Shown here in pieces: positions 20,401 through 28,154 of a stretch of DNA of 64,000 nucleotides (position 1 is its first letter; every line of letters starts with the position of its first letter). The notes beneath the pieces were generated by a model, which was given only the letters and a program-made list of their open reading frames with translations, was not told where the DNA came from and did not search any database. This DNA comes from an uncultured Chloroflexia bacterium (GTDB lineage Bacteria > Chloroflexota > Limnocylindria > Limnocylindrales > CSP1-4), in assembly GCA_963840375.1 (NCBI GenBank), contig CAWIYR010000002.1, forward strand, positions 576,613-640,612, read 5' to 3'. The translations under genes and the position numbers were made by a program.

Positions 20401-23121
20401 GAAGGTGAGGCCCAGCCCCACGTGGGCCGCCGCGAGGGCGACATCCTCGCCCACGGCTCGAAGGTGGCTGCGCTTGGAGATGCCCTTCCGCCGGGGGAGC
20501 AGACCCGCCGCGACGGGCAGGGCCGCCGGGATGATCACGGCGGCGAGGACGAACGCGGTCCACGAGCCGGCCGGGATCGAAGGGAGCGTCCAGGCCGCCA
20601 CCAGGGTGGCCAGCGTGAGCGGAGCGGAGGCGGTCCGGCGCAGGTTGTCGACCATCTTCCAGCGGGCGATCCCCGGGATCGAGCTCAGCGTCCGCCGACC
20701 GGTGGCGTCGCGCGCCCGACCGAGGATCCAGGGCAGGAGCTGCCAGTCCCCACGCGCCCATCGATGCTGACGGGCCGCCGAGACGAGGTAGTTCGATGGG
20801 AACTCGTCGAAGAGCTCGACGTCGGTCACGAGTCCGGCTCGCGCGAAGGTGCCCTCGAACAGGTCGTGACTCAGGAGCGCGTTCTCCGGGACCCGGTCCG
20901 CCATCGCCGCGGCGAAGGCGTCGACGTCGTAGATCCCCTTGCCGGTGTAGCTCCCCTCGAGGAACAGGTCCTGGTAGACGTCGGAGACGGCCGCCGCGTA
21001 CGGGTCGATCCCGGCCGACCCGGAGAAGATCCCCTGGAAGATCGACGCCTCGTGCTCGGCCGGGAGGGTGGAGGTGATCCGCGGCTGGAGGACGCCATAG
21101 CCCTGGGTCACCTTGCCGGCCCGCGGGTCGACGATCGGCCGATTGAGCGGGTGGGCGATCGTCCCGACGAGATGGCCGACCGCACCCCTGGGCAACCGGG
21201 TGTCGGCATCGAGCGTGACCACGTAGCGCACATCGGTCGGCGGCGTCGAGGCGGCCCGCCCGCTGGTGAGGATGCCCGTGGTCGTGGACCCGCGCAGGAG
21301 GTCATTCAGCTCGTGGAGCTTGCCGCGCTTGCGCTCCCAGCCCATCCAGACGCCCTCGGCCTCGTTCCAGGTCCGTTTCCGATGGAACAGGAGGAACCGG
21401 GCGCCTCCGCCCGGGGCCTCGCCGTGGCGCTCGTTGAGGCGGTCGATGGCCGCCGCCGCGGCCGAGAGGAGGTCATCGTCGCCCTCGACCTCCTCGGTCG
21501 GGGCGTCGAGCCAGTCAGAGAGCAGTGCGAACCGAAGATCCCCTTCGCGGTTCCCCAGGTAGTGGACCTCCAGGCCGGCGACCTGAGCCTCGGCGTCTGC
21601 GACGCTGGTGAGGAGCATCGGCACGACGACGAGCGTCCGGAGCTCGGTCGGCACACCGGTGTCGAGGTCGAGCCTCGGCAGCGTCCTCGGACCCAGCACC
21701 CACGTCACGAAGCGATTGACCAGGGCGATCGCCAGATCCGACGCCGGGCCGAGCGCGAGGAGCGCGACGAGGATCCCGGCCCACGCGACGCGTCCATCCC
21801 AGCCCAGCAGGAGCGGTACGGCAAGCACCAGGACGGTGACCGCCGCGATCGTCCCGAGATATCCGAACGCCGCGGTCCGGACGTAGGCCCGCCGCAGCCG
21901 GACGGTCCTGGGCACCCGGACGTGGAGGACGCGCTCGAGCGCGGCCCGACCATCGGAGACCAGGTAGTAGCCGGGATCCCGGTCCACGACCGTCGTGGTC
22001 GGTGCCGCGCCTTCCGCGAGCGGGATGTCGTCGGCCATCGCCTTGGCTCGCCGGGCGACCTCGACCTCGGTGAGCCCCGATCCGCGGGCCAGCTCCTCCA
22101 CGGCGTGTCGGTAGCGATCCCGGGTCGCGAAGTCCTCGTCCCCGAACGGGTTCGGGGTGCGCAGGATCTCGTCGACCAGGCTGACGCTCTCGACGAACTG
22201 GGCCCAATCGAACCACGAGATGTGGCGCATGCTCGTGATCACGTTGCGGACGGTCACGTTCATCGTCGCCTGGCGCTGGTGCTCGATGCGGACCGTTTCC
22301 TCGGGGCTGATCCCCTGGGCGGCGAGGCGCTCCTCGAGCCAGCGCAGGGCGGGGGTGGTCGCGGGATCCTGGTCGCGGAGACGTTGGAACAGCTGGACCC
22401 GGGCGGCGGTCGGGAGTGCGGTGGCCGACAGTCGACGGAGGGCCGCCATCGCGGCGTCCGGACCCTCCGGGCCGAGACCCACGAGACCGTCGGCGAGCCG
22501 GTCGGCCGTCTCCCGGGCCTCCCGGCTGCGGACGATCTGCTCCGCGAGACGGCGGAGGTTGTCGACGAGGAGGATCCGCAGGCTGATGGCGATCGCCCAG
22601 AGCTCGCCGATCGTCAGCGGCTCCACCTCCTGGTAAGCCCGCACCATGCGCCGCAGGCTGTCCGGGTCGAACCGGCTGTCCGTGTGCGCGATGTACGCCC
22701 AGGCGAGCCCCATGACGCGGGGATAGCCTGCGAGATGGCCTTCGGCCAGCTTCGGGAGCTCGCGGTAGTAGTCCGGGGGCAGGTCGTCGCGGATCTCGCG
22801 GAGCTGCTCATCGACGATCGGGAAGTTGTCGACGAGCCATTCGGCGGCCGGCGTGATCGCGCGCTCGTCCTTGATCGCGCGAGCGAGGATGCGGTACGAC
22901 TCCAGGAGGATGCGGCCGTTCTCAGCGATCCGGGGTTGGACGGCGTGTCCCCGGTGTGGCGCATCGGTGATCGCCTGCGCGGCGGCAAGGGTCTGTGCGT
23001 GCTGCTCCAGCCGTTCCACGCTGAAGAGCTCCGCGAGGATCGGCTCTTCGAGTCCGGCCGGTCGGCGGATCCGTCGGCGGTCGCGACCCGGCGGGTCCCG
23101 GAGGGCCTGGTCCGAGGTCAT
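14455..23121 (-). CDS. ndvB: Cyclic beta-1,2-glucan synthase (NdvB/ChvB/Cgs-like; GT84 domain, TM region, GH94-like C-terminal domain)
   Basis: 2888-aa ORF. The N-terminus reads LFSVERLEQHAQTLA..EWLVDNFPIVDEQLREIRDDLPPDYYRELP. Glycosyltransferase motifs are VVPMLLTS..YVVTLDADTRLP..RWARGDWQLLPW. Multiple TM helices follow. The C-terminal phosphorylase-like part has GGRGVRTRISDD..GSGDWNDGMN..GGQYTHGAIW..GGWTWYTGSAGWMY. Confidence 0.9.
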   Translation of the reverse strand: MTSDQALRDPPGRDRRRIRRPAGLEEPILAELFSVERLEQHAQTLAAAQAITDAPHRGHAVQPRIAENGRILLESYRILARAIKDERAITPAAEWLVDNFPIVDEQLREIRDDLPPDYYRELPKLAEGHLAGYPRVMGLAWAYIAHTDSRFDPDSLRRMVRAYQEVEPLTIGELWAIAISLRILLVDNLRRLAEQIVRSREARETADRLADGLVGLGPEGPDAAMAALRRLSATALPTAARVQLFQRLRDQDPATTPALRWLEERLAAQGISPEETVRIEHQRQATMNVTVRNVITSMRHISWFDWAQFVESVSLVDEILRTPNPFGDEDFATRDRYRHAVEELARGSGLTEVEVARRAKAMADDIPLAEGAAPTTTVVDRDPGYYLVSDGRAALERVLHVRVPRTVRLRRAYVRTAAFGYLGTIAAVTVLVLAVPLLLGWDGRVAWAGILVALLALGPASDLAIALVNRFVTWVLGPRTLPRLDLDTGVPTELRTLVVVPMLLTSVADAEAQVAGLEVHYLGNREGDLRFALLSDWLDAPTEEVEGDDDLLSAAAAAIDRLNERHGEAPGGGARFLLFHRKRTWNEAEGVWMGWERKRGKLHELNDLLRGSTTTGILTSGRAASTPPTDVRYVVTLDADTRLPRGAVGHLVGTIAHPLNRPIVDPRAGKVTQGYGVLQPRITSTLPAEHEASIFQGIFSGSAGIDPYAAAVSDVYQDLFLEGSYTGKGIYDVDAFAAAMADRVPENALLSHDLFEGTFARAGLVTDVELFDEFPSNYLVSAARQHRWARGDWQLLPWILGRARDATGRRTLSSIPGIARWKMVDNLRRTASAPLTLATLVAAWTLPSIPAGSWTAFVLAAVIIPAALPVAAGLLPRRKGISKRSHLRAVGEDVALAAAHVGLGLTFLAHQSWLMVDAILRTLARIYVTRRNLLEWTTAAQAKASQDLDLAGFYRQMAGSVAIAAVTATLVLLLKPGDLWIAAPFIGLWLLAPAVARWVSLRPAETAAEQLPAADVDALRLIARRTWRFFETFVGPEDHGLPPDNFQDDPRPVVAHRTSPTNIGMYLLSTVTARDFGWIGTWEMVERIEETLATIGRLDRFRGHLYNWYDTRDLHALEPAYVSSVDSGNLAGHLLTLSNACRQMVDQPLPVAVALAGIGDAIALTREAAGTIGDDRRSQTLSRRDLEEALELPAAASVVLPETPEAWAARLGELSAQVRTLSDVAAALTAERGERADGDLVAWAESARLAVDSHVRDLALFRPVPDGSAFPTVAELSDPPVGATGDGSAAAAMLVRRLEAIADRAQELFREMDFSFLFDPTRKLLSIGFRTRDGTLDPSCYDLLASEARLASFLAIAKGDVMPDHWFRLGRALTPVGRGSALISWSGSMFEYLMPALVMRAPALSLLDHTYRLVVARQMSYAAERGVPWGISESAFNARDLEQTYQYSSFGVPGLGLKRGLSEDVVVAPYATALGAMIQPEAAVRNFARLSAAGGGGRYGFREALDYTARRLPEGASVAVVSSYMAHHQGMALVALGNVLNARAMVERFHGDPIVVATELLLQERMPRDVLVARPRAEEVKSAADVRDLVPPILRRFTSPDDAIPRTHLLSNGRYAVMVTAAGSGYSRWRDVAVTRWREDVTRDSWGSYLFLRDMHSGAVWSAGHQPSGAEADSYEVTYSEDQAAFSRRDGSIVTGLTIVVSAEHDAEIRRVTLTNLGSHARQIELTSYAEIALAPQAADVAHPAFQNLFVETEFLPDIGALVATRRPRSSEERPPWAAHVAAVEEADGGVIQYETDRARFIGRGRSVRSPVSVIDGRPLSNTVGAVLDPIFSLRCRVKVAPGATVHAIFSTVVAESRDEVLDLADKYREPATFERAVTLAWTQAQVQLHHLGIESDEAHLFQRLANRILYSDPSLRPTAGLLARNERGAPGLWAHGISGDLPIVLIRIDEAEDLDIVRQLLRAHEYWRLKLLDVDLVILNEHGASYAQDLQGSLETLVRTSQSVLVGDGHPGRGGVSILRGDQLSAEDRTLLQSAARAVLLSRRGSLADQVIRLERPKRAAPPPAPTGARPTVPDAVVPRPDLEFFNGLGGFADRGREYVAVLGPGQATPAPWLNVIANPSFGFLVSESGSGYTWSGNSRENQLTPWSNDPVSDPVSEAIYIRDDESGELWGPTAQPIRLEGSTYVAHHGAGYSRFEHVHDGIGLDLVQFVPLDEPMKISVLTIENRSGRTRRLSLTAYAEWALGTSRGDSGPRIVTSVEPETGALLVRNPWNTEFGGRAAFLDLGGRQTSWTADRTEFLGRNGSPERPAGLDRGSRLQGSVGAGMDPCTALQTGIELAAGAQTRIVVLLGEADAATDPADLIRRGRTADHAALLRSVAEYWDEVSGAVQVRTPDRSMDIMLNRWLLYQTLACRLWARTAFYQAGGAYGFRDQLQDVIALLTPRRELAREHLLRAAAHQFTEGDVQHWWHPPSGRGVRTRISDDRLWLPYAVERYLAVTGDSTVLDEIVPYLEGPPLRPGEADAYFQPERSGESASLFDHCAAAIDVSLAVGAHGLPLIGSGDWNDGMNRVGHEGRGESVWLGWFLHIVLGAFAPIAEARGDRPRAERWRAHMKSLRRALERDGWDGDWYRRAFFDDGTPLGSAANVECRIDSIAQSWSVLSGAANPPHAERAMAAVEEYLVRRGDGLVLLFTPPFDHSDVDPGYVKGYLPGIRENGGQYTHGAIWSVLAFAALGDGDKAGELFSILNPINHASTRAGVQRYKVEPYVMAADVYTEPPHVGRGGWTWYTGSAGWMYQAGIESILGFHLRGATIRIDPCIPRAWPGFEIDFSYHTARYEIVVENPQGVSRGVASAELDGQTLPGGDAAIPLVDDGATHRIRVVLGTAP

Positions 23122-23293
23122 GTCCCGCGCTCGGTGCGCTCCCGCGCGCTCAGGAGATCCGGCGGCCCCGTCCGGCCTGCCTCGACCGGCGCGCCCGGAG
23201 CCGGTGACTCCAGGCGGCGGCGTGCGATCGGCGGATGAGCCATGCCGTCAGGCTAGCATCGGCTCCAGACTCGGGAAGCCCGGATACGACCGA

Positions 23294-25867
23294 CTACGAC
23301 GCCGACGCCTCCGCCACGGCGGCCTCGAAGCTCAACCGCTGCCCGGCCTGCCACGCCGCATCCGCATCTGCGCCCAACGCCGCGCGTGCCTCACCCAGAT
23401 ACCGGTCGAGCAACGCCGTCCAGAAGGCGACGGAGAACTGGTGGCCGAGCGACCGGAGCTGTGCCTCCGCGGCGCCCGCGATCCGGAGCGCACGCTCCGG
23501 CCGGCCCAGGCCGGCGCTGGTCATCGCAACGCCCTGCAGCTCGAAACACGTCTCGATCCGATCGCCCGACCGTGCCGCCGCGTCCAGGCTACGGGCGTAG
23601 TGGGTGGCCGCCGTGGCGTGGTCGCCCTCGATCAAGGCGCAATCGGCCAGGTAGTGGTGGGCGAAGTGTTCGGCCCAATGGTCGCCGAGTGCGCGGGAGA
23701 GCTCGAGCGCCTCGGCCCCGAGTGACGGCACGGACTCGAGCTCGCCGCTGGCGACGAGGAACTGGAGCAGCCCGAGCTGGGCGCGGTTGACGAGCGCCGG
23801 CTCCTCGAGCCGCCGGCCGATCGCGAGCGTCTCCTCCATGCACCGACGGCCGATCTCGAGCTCGTCCACGAAGAAGCAGCCCCAGCCGAGGTCGAACAGC
23901 GTCTGCCCCAGGTCGCGCTCGCGTCCGAGCTCGCGCCAGATGGCGATGGCCTCGTCGAAGATCGGGCGGCCCGCGACGAGGTCGCCGCTGTAGCCGGCGA
24001 GGGCGGCGGCGGCCGACAGAGCCCGCGCCCGGTCCGCGTCGCGGCCCGCGCTCTCCGCCAGCGCCTCGGCCAGCCGCGAGCGGCCCTCGCTGAGATGTGA
24101 GTGGGCATGCCAGAACCAGCCCAGCTTGCCGGCCATGCGGAGTCGACGGTCGGGATCCGTGGTACCGAGTCGCTCGAGGGCTGCCCGGAGGTTGTCATGC
24201 TCCCGCTCGAGCTCGTCCGCCCACTCGGCCTCGCGTGACGCGGATCCGGCGAAGGCGACCGCGGTGAGCGTCTCGAAGAAGGTCGCATGGCGGTCGCGGG
24301 AGACCGACTCGTCGCCGGACCGGGCGAGCTGGTCGAGGGCATAGCCGCGGATCGTCTCGAGCATCGTGAATCGATCGCCGTCCCGCCGGACGAGGCTCTT
24401 GTCGACGAGCGAGCCGAGCGTGTCGAGCTCGGCGTCGCCGACGGCCTCGGCCGCTTCCAGGGTGAAGCCGCCGGCGAACACCGCCAGCCGGACGAAGAGG
24501 CGGCGCTCCTCGTCATCGAGCAGCTCGTACGACCAGGCCAGCGTCCGCTCGAGCGCACGGTGACGTTCCGGAGCATCGCGATGGCCGCCCTTGAGCAGCT
24601 TGAGCGGCGCGCTCAGCCGGGCGAGGATCGCGTCCGGCGAGAGCAGCCCGATCCGGGCCGCGGCGAGCTCGAGCGCCAGCGGCAGCCCATCCAGGCGGGC
24701 GCAGATCGCCATGATCGTGGCGGCGTTGGCGTCGGTGACCTCGAACGATGGTTGGACCGCCCGAGCTCGCTCGACGAAGAGGGCGACCGCGTCGGAGCGG
24801 GCGATCTCCGCGGGGTCGCCGACCGTCCGCGGGTCGGGCAGCCCGAGCGGCGGGATCGGGTAGACCCGCTCGGCGGCCACGTGGAGTGGCTCGCGACTGG
24901 TCGTGAGGAGGCGCACGCCCGGTGCGGCCGCCAGGACTCGAGCGAGATCCGGAGCCGCCTCGACGACCTGTTCGAGGTTGTCCACGACCAGCAGGAGCTC
25001 CTTGGTCGCCAGGTAGGCATGGAGATCCTGCCCCGCGCTCTCGTTGACGCCGAGCGCCTGAGCGACCTGGGCGATCACCAGCGCTCGGTCGGTGATGGCT
25101 GCGAGCGAGACGAAGTACGCGCCGTCGCGCACGTCGTCCACCAGCTCCGCGGCAGCGGACAGCGCGAGCCGCGTCTTGCCCGTCCCGCCCGGCCCGGTCA
25201 GCGTCACGCAGCGGACGTCGGGGCGGCGGAGCAGGGCCACGATCTCGGCCAGCTCGCGATCGCGGCCGACCAGCGCCGTCGCCTGGGTCGGCAGGTTGGT
25301 CGGTCGGGCGTCGAGCGTGCGCAGCGGTGGGAAGCGATCGGGCAGGTCCTCGACGTTCAGCTGGAAGAGGTGCTGGGGGCTGGTGAGATCCTTGAGCCGG
25401 TGCTCGCCCAGGTCGACGAACGCGTGGCCGGTCACGTCGTCGAGGAGCAGGTCGTGGGCGGCCTGGGAGATCAGGACCTGGCCGCCGTGCCCCGCGGCGC
25501 AGATGCGGGCTGCTCGATGGACGCCGACGCCCACATATCCGTCGGTCGTCAGCGTCGCATCCGACGTGTGGATGGCCATCCGGACCCGGATCTCGGCGCC
25601 ATCCGGCCAGCGCTGGTCCGCCAGCGCACGCTGGGCGTCGATGGCCGCGGCGACCGCGTCCCGCGGCCGCTCGAAGGCGACGAAGAAGGCGTCGCCCTGG
25701 GTGTCGACGACGTGACCGCGGTGCGAGCCGATGGCCGAGCGGATCAACTCCTGGTGGAGACCGAGCAGCTCGCCGTAGCGCTCCGGCCCGATCGCGCTCA
25801 GGACTCGGGTCGAGCCCTCGATATCGGTGAACAGGAAGGTCACCGTGCCGTGCGGGCGTTCGCTCAT
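23294..25867 (-). CDS. Class III adenylate/guanylate cyclase - NB-ARC/AAA (STAND) - TPR multidomain protein
   Basis: Start at ATG 25867 (MSERPHGTVTFLFTDIEGSTRV..TQGDAFFVAF..RVRMAIHTSD..HRAARI..HRLKDL). It then has Walker A LTGPGGTGKTRLAL, LLVVDNLEQV and TSREPL, followed by long TPR-like helical repeats. No C-terminal HTH. The upstream part of the 1103-aa track ORF is rejected. Confidence 0.9.
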   Translation of the reverse strand: MSERPHGTVTFLFTDIEGSTRVLSAIGPERYGELLGLHQELIRSAIGSHRGHVVDTQGDAFFVAFERPRDAVAAAIDAQRALADQRWPDGAEIRVRMAIHTSDATLTTDGYVGVGVHRAARICAAGHGGQVLISQAAHDLLLDDVTGHAFVDLGEHRLKDLTSPQHLFQLNVEDLPDRFPPLRTLDARPTNLPTQATALVGRDRELAEIVALLRRPDVRCVTLTGPGGTGKTRLALSAAAELVDDVRDGAYFVSLAAITDRALVIAQVAQALGVNESAGQDLHAYLATKELLLVVDNLEQVVEAAPDLARVLAAAPGVRLLTTSREPLHVAAERVYPIPPLGLPDPRTVGDPAEIARSDAVALFVERARAVQPSFEVTDANAATIMAICARLDGLPLALELAAARIGLLSPDAILARLSAPLKLLKGGHRDAPERHRALERTLAWSYELLDDEERRLFVRLAVFAGGFTLEAAEAVGDAELDTLGSLVDKSLVRRDGDRFTMLETIRGYALDQLARSGDESVSRDRHATFFETLTAVAFAGSASREAEWADELEREHDNLRAALERLGTTDPDRRLRMAGKLGWFWHAHSHLSEGRSRLAEALAESAGRDADRARALSAAAALAGYSGDLVAGRPIFDEAIAIWRELGRERDLGQTLFDLGWGCFFVDELEIGRRCMEETLAIGRRLEEPALVNRAQLGLLQFLVASGELESVPSLGAEALELSRALGDHWAEHFAHHYLADCALIEGDHATAATHYARSLDAAARSGDRIETCFELQGVAMTSAGLGRPERALRIAGAAEAQLRSLGHQFSVAFWTALLDRYLGEARAALGADADAAWQAGQRLSFEAAVAEASAS

Positions 25868-26020
25868 GCGCCGAAGGATACGAGTCCGCGTCGCCGATGA
25901 CGCGGCCCGTCGGGTGGCACAGATCCCTGGCGTCCGAGAGGCCATAATCAGACGCGCGGTGGCGCCCGGGACCCCTCGACCGGCGGTCGAGGGCGGCTGC
26001 GGACCCGCGCCGAGGATGCC

Positions 26021-26959
26021 ATGTCCCCCCGGTACGCGATGAGGCTCCGCCGTCCGCGGTTCCGCGGCATCAGAACGCCGCTCGTGACTGCGCGCGGGAG
26101 TGCCGGTCGACTGGTCGTGCTCGGGTTGGGATCGACCGCCCTGACCGTCGCATTCTGGCTGGCTACCACTCAGACGCTCGCCGGCCAGCGGATCGCCGAC
26201 CTGATCCTGTACGGTCGGCCGGCTGCCGATGCTGCCCTCGCGGGGATCGCGAACGAGACCCTCGCCACGGTGAGCCTCGTGTTCGTGGTGTTGGCCGTCC
26301 TCGGGCTCGCCATCATCGCCCTCGCTCGCGGCGGATTCGGACTTGCCACTGCCGTCGTGCTCATCGTCGTCGGGGCGAACCTCACGACCCAGAGTCTGAA
26401 GCTTGTCCTCGAGCGCCCCAACCTCCTGGGCGACGTCGCGTACGCCACTGGCAACAGCTTTCCGAGCGGTCATGTCACGCTCGCATCGTCGCTTGGGCTG
26501 GCCTGCATCCTCGCGGTGTCTCGCCGGGTTCGAACAGCCGTCGCACTCGGGGCGGCGATCCTGATCGCCGCCGTCGGTGCCAGCACGATCATCGCGGGTT
26601 GGCATCGCCTGGCTGACGTCGAGGGCGGCACGCTGATCTCACTCACCTGGGCGGCCCTGGTCACCGCCATCCTGGTCCTGGCTCAGGGCTGGATCCCGAG
26701 ACGGACGTGGGGACGTGGGCTCGGCGGTCGAGCGACAAGGATCGCCGGAGTCGCCGGGGTCGTTGCCGTTGCCGTCGGCGCGGCCGGAGTCGCACTCGCC
26801 GTCGTCGATCCCACGCCGCTGGCGGACCTGATCGAGGACGGCGTTCGGGCGCCTGAAACGTTCGCCGCCGCGCTCGCCATCGCGCTGGGGACATCGCTGA
26901 TCGCCTGCGCGGCGTACGTTTGGGCGATGCACGGAGTCGCCCTCGAGCGGCCGGGCTGA
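26021..26959 (+). CDS. PAP2-family (phosphatidic acid phosphatase type 2) membrane phosphatase
   Basis: 312 aa. PAP2 motifs are KLVLERPN, FPSGH and AGWHRLADV, with several TM helices. Confidence 0.8.
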   Translation: MSPRYAMRLRRPRFRGIRTPLVTARGSAGRLVVLGLGSTALTVAFWLATTQTLAGQRIADLILYGRPAADAALAGIANETLATVSLVFVVLAVLGLAIIALARGGFGLATAVVLIVVGANLTTQSLKLVLERPNLLGDVAYATGNSFPSGHVTLASSLGLACILAVSRRVRTAVALGAAILIAAVGASTIIAGWHRLADVEGGTLISLTWAALVTAILVLAQGWIPRRTWGRGLGGRATRIAGVAGVVAVAVGAAGVALAVVDPTPLADLIEDGVRAPETFAAALAIALGTSLIACAAYVWAMHGVALERPG

Positions 26960-27041
26960 TCGATCCGCCGAACCGTCGCCTCGCAGGAAACGAGGAAGGC
27001 GCGGACGATGGCCGGGCGACGCCCGAGAGGCCGTTCGCCTC

Positions 27042-28154
27042 TTGAGTATGGGGTGTCGAGCCGGGGACACTCCTCCTGTGAAGCGGATCGGGGTCCTGGC
27101 GGGAGTCGGGTCGCTGGCGGCCATCGGGATCGTCGTGGCGGCGCCCCTGTGGCGACGCCGGCCGCCGGTCGGTCTTCGCGATCGCTCCGAAGGCATGGTC
27201 GCCGCGGCGACAGGCGCGTCCCTGAGGACCGCCGGCACCACCGCCACGGAGATCGCGCCGGAGGTGTACCTCCTCGGGCCGTGGGGTCGCACCCAGACCA
27301 ACGCCTACCTGGTCAGCGACGGGTCGTCGTGGATCCTGGTCGATGCCGGCTGGGAGAACGACGGACCGCGCATCCGGGCGGCCGCGCGGTCGCTGCTCGG
27401 TCCCGGGCTGGCCCCCTCGGCCATCCTCCTGACCCACGCCCATCCCGATCACGCCGGGTCGGCCCGCGAACTGGCCCGAGCCTGGGGCTGCCCCGTCTTC
27501 GCGCACCCGACCGAGCTCCCGCTCGCCACTGGCGACTTCGCGGCCATGGGCACGTACGCCGGGCCGCTGGACCGCCGGCTGGTCCTGCCCGTCATGCGCG
27601 CCATCGGCGGCCGCCGCCGGGAGGCGATGCTCGCCCGCTCGAGCCTGGCCGGGGTCGTGCACCCGCTCGGACCCGGGGGCGCGATCCCGGGCGTGGAAGG
27701 CTGGGCATGGATCCCCACGCCGGGCCACACTCCGGGGCACGTCGCCTACGTCCGGGCACGCGACCGGGTCGTCCTCAGCGGCGACGCCCTCCTGACCATG
27801 GAGGTCAACACCTGGGCGGGCCTCCTGCGGCAGCGCCAGGGCCTTTCCGGTCCGCCGTGGTACACGACCTGGGATCGGCAGGCCGCGATCGCCTCGATCC
27901 GCGCGATCGCCGACCTTGAACCCTCGGTTCTCGCCTGCGGTCACGGGCTGCCGCTGGCGAGGCCGGGGACGGCCGCCGCGGTCCACGCGTTCGCCGAGCG
28001 GACGATGCACTCGCGGCGTCGGAGCGGACCAGAGCGGCGGATCGAGGATGCACGCTCTACCGATCCCGAGCCCGCGTGGTTGCTCAACCTCCAGGTCGAC
28101 CCGGACACGAGCGTCGACCTTGTCGGGGCCCGCACCAACTGGAGGGATGGATGA
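27042..28154 (+). CDS. MBL-fold metallo-hydrolase with an N-terminal TM helix and a C-terminal Ddn/F420-nitroreductase-like relic
   Basis: HxHxDH motif LLTHAHPDHAGS, plus IPTPGHTPGHVAY and ACGHG. The start is uncertain (TTG 27042, ATG 27048). The last ~50 aa (SRRRSGPERR..PAWLLNLQVDPDTSVDLVG) resemble a collapsed Ddn-family gene. Confidence 0.8.
   Translation: MSMGCRAGDTPPVKRIGVLAGVGSLAAIGIVVAAPLWRRRPPVGLRDRSEGMVAAATGASLRTAGTTATEIAPEVYLLGPWGRTQTNAYLVSDGSSWILVDAGWENDGPRIRAAARSLLGPGLAPSAILLTHAHPDHAGSARELARAWGCPVFAHPTELPLATGDFAAMGTYAGPLDRRLVLPVMRAIGGRRREAMLARSSLAGVVHPLGPGGAIPGVEGWAWIPTPGHTPGHVAYVRARDRVVLSGDALLTMEVNTWAGLLRQRQGLSGPPWYTTWDRQAAIASIRAIADLEPSVLACGHGLPLARPGTAAAVHAFAERTMHSRRRSGPERRIEDARSTDPEPAWLLNLQVDPDTSVDLVGARTNWRDG

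Noticed and set aside
15709-23238. Very long plus-strand ORFs (826 aa at 15709..18189 and 1646 aa at 18298..23238) opposite the glucan synthase gene
   Set aside because: These are shadow ORFs. They have no recognisable motifs and an extreme R/G/P/D/E composition. The minus-strand frame carries continuous GT84/GH94-type motifs over its whole length.
23294-25867. Antiphage Avs/STAND defence system
   Set aside because: The NB-ARC + TPR core is shared with Avs proteins. However, the N-terminal module is a class III cyclase rather than a nuclease, protease or other known defence effector. No other defence genes are nearby, and similar cyclase-ATPase proteins are ordinary signalling proteins in Actinobacteria. 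It is noted as a finding with low interest rather than called a defence system.
25912-25935. Sigma-54-like TGGCAC element upstream of the PAP2 gene
   Set aside because: The required TTGC(A/T) element 5 nt downstream is absent (the sequence is agatccctgg). The neighbouring CATAAT (25943-25948) lacks a -35 partner.
25973-25993. 9-bp stem hairpin (CCCTCGACC-ggc-GGTCGAGGG) in the PAP2 5' region
   Set aside because: It is real in the sequence. However, it is short, isolated and of a kind that arises readily in ~70% GC DNA, and nothing links it to a known regulatory class.
26520-26545. tRNA-like GGTTCGAAC T-loop motif
   Set aside because: It lies inside the PAP2 coding frame. It has no flanking acceptor or T-stem complementarity and no D-arm or anticodon arm. 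No tRNA could be folded anywhere in the window by eye.
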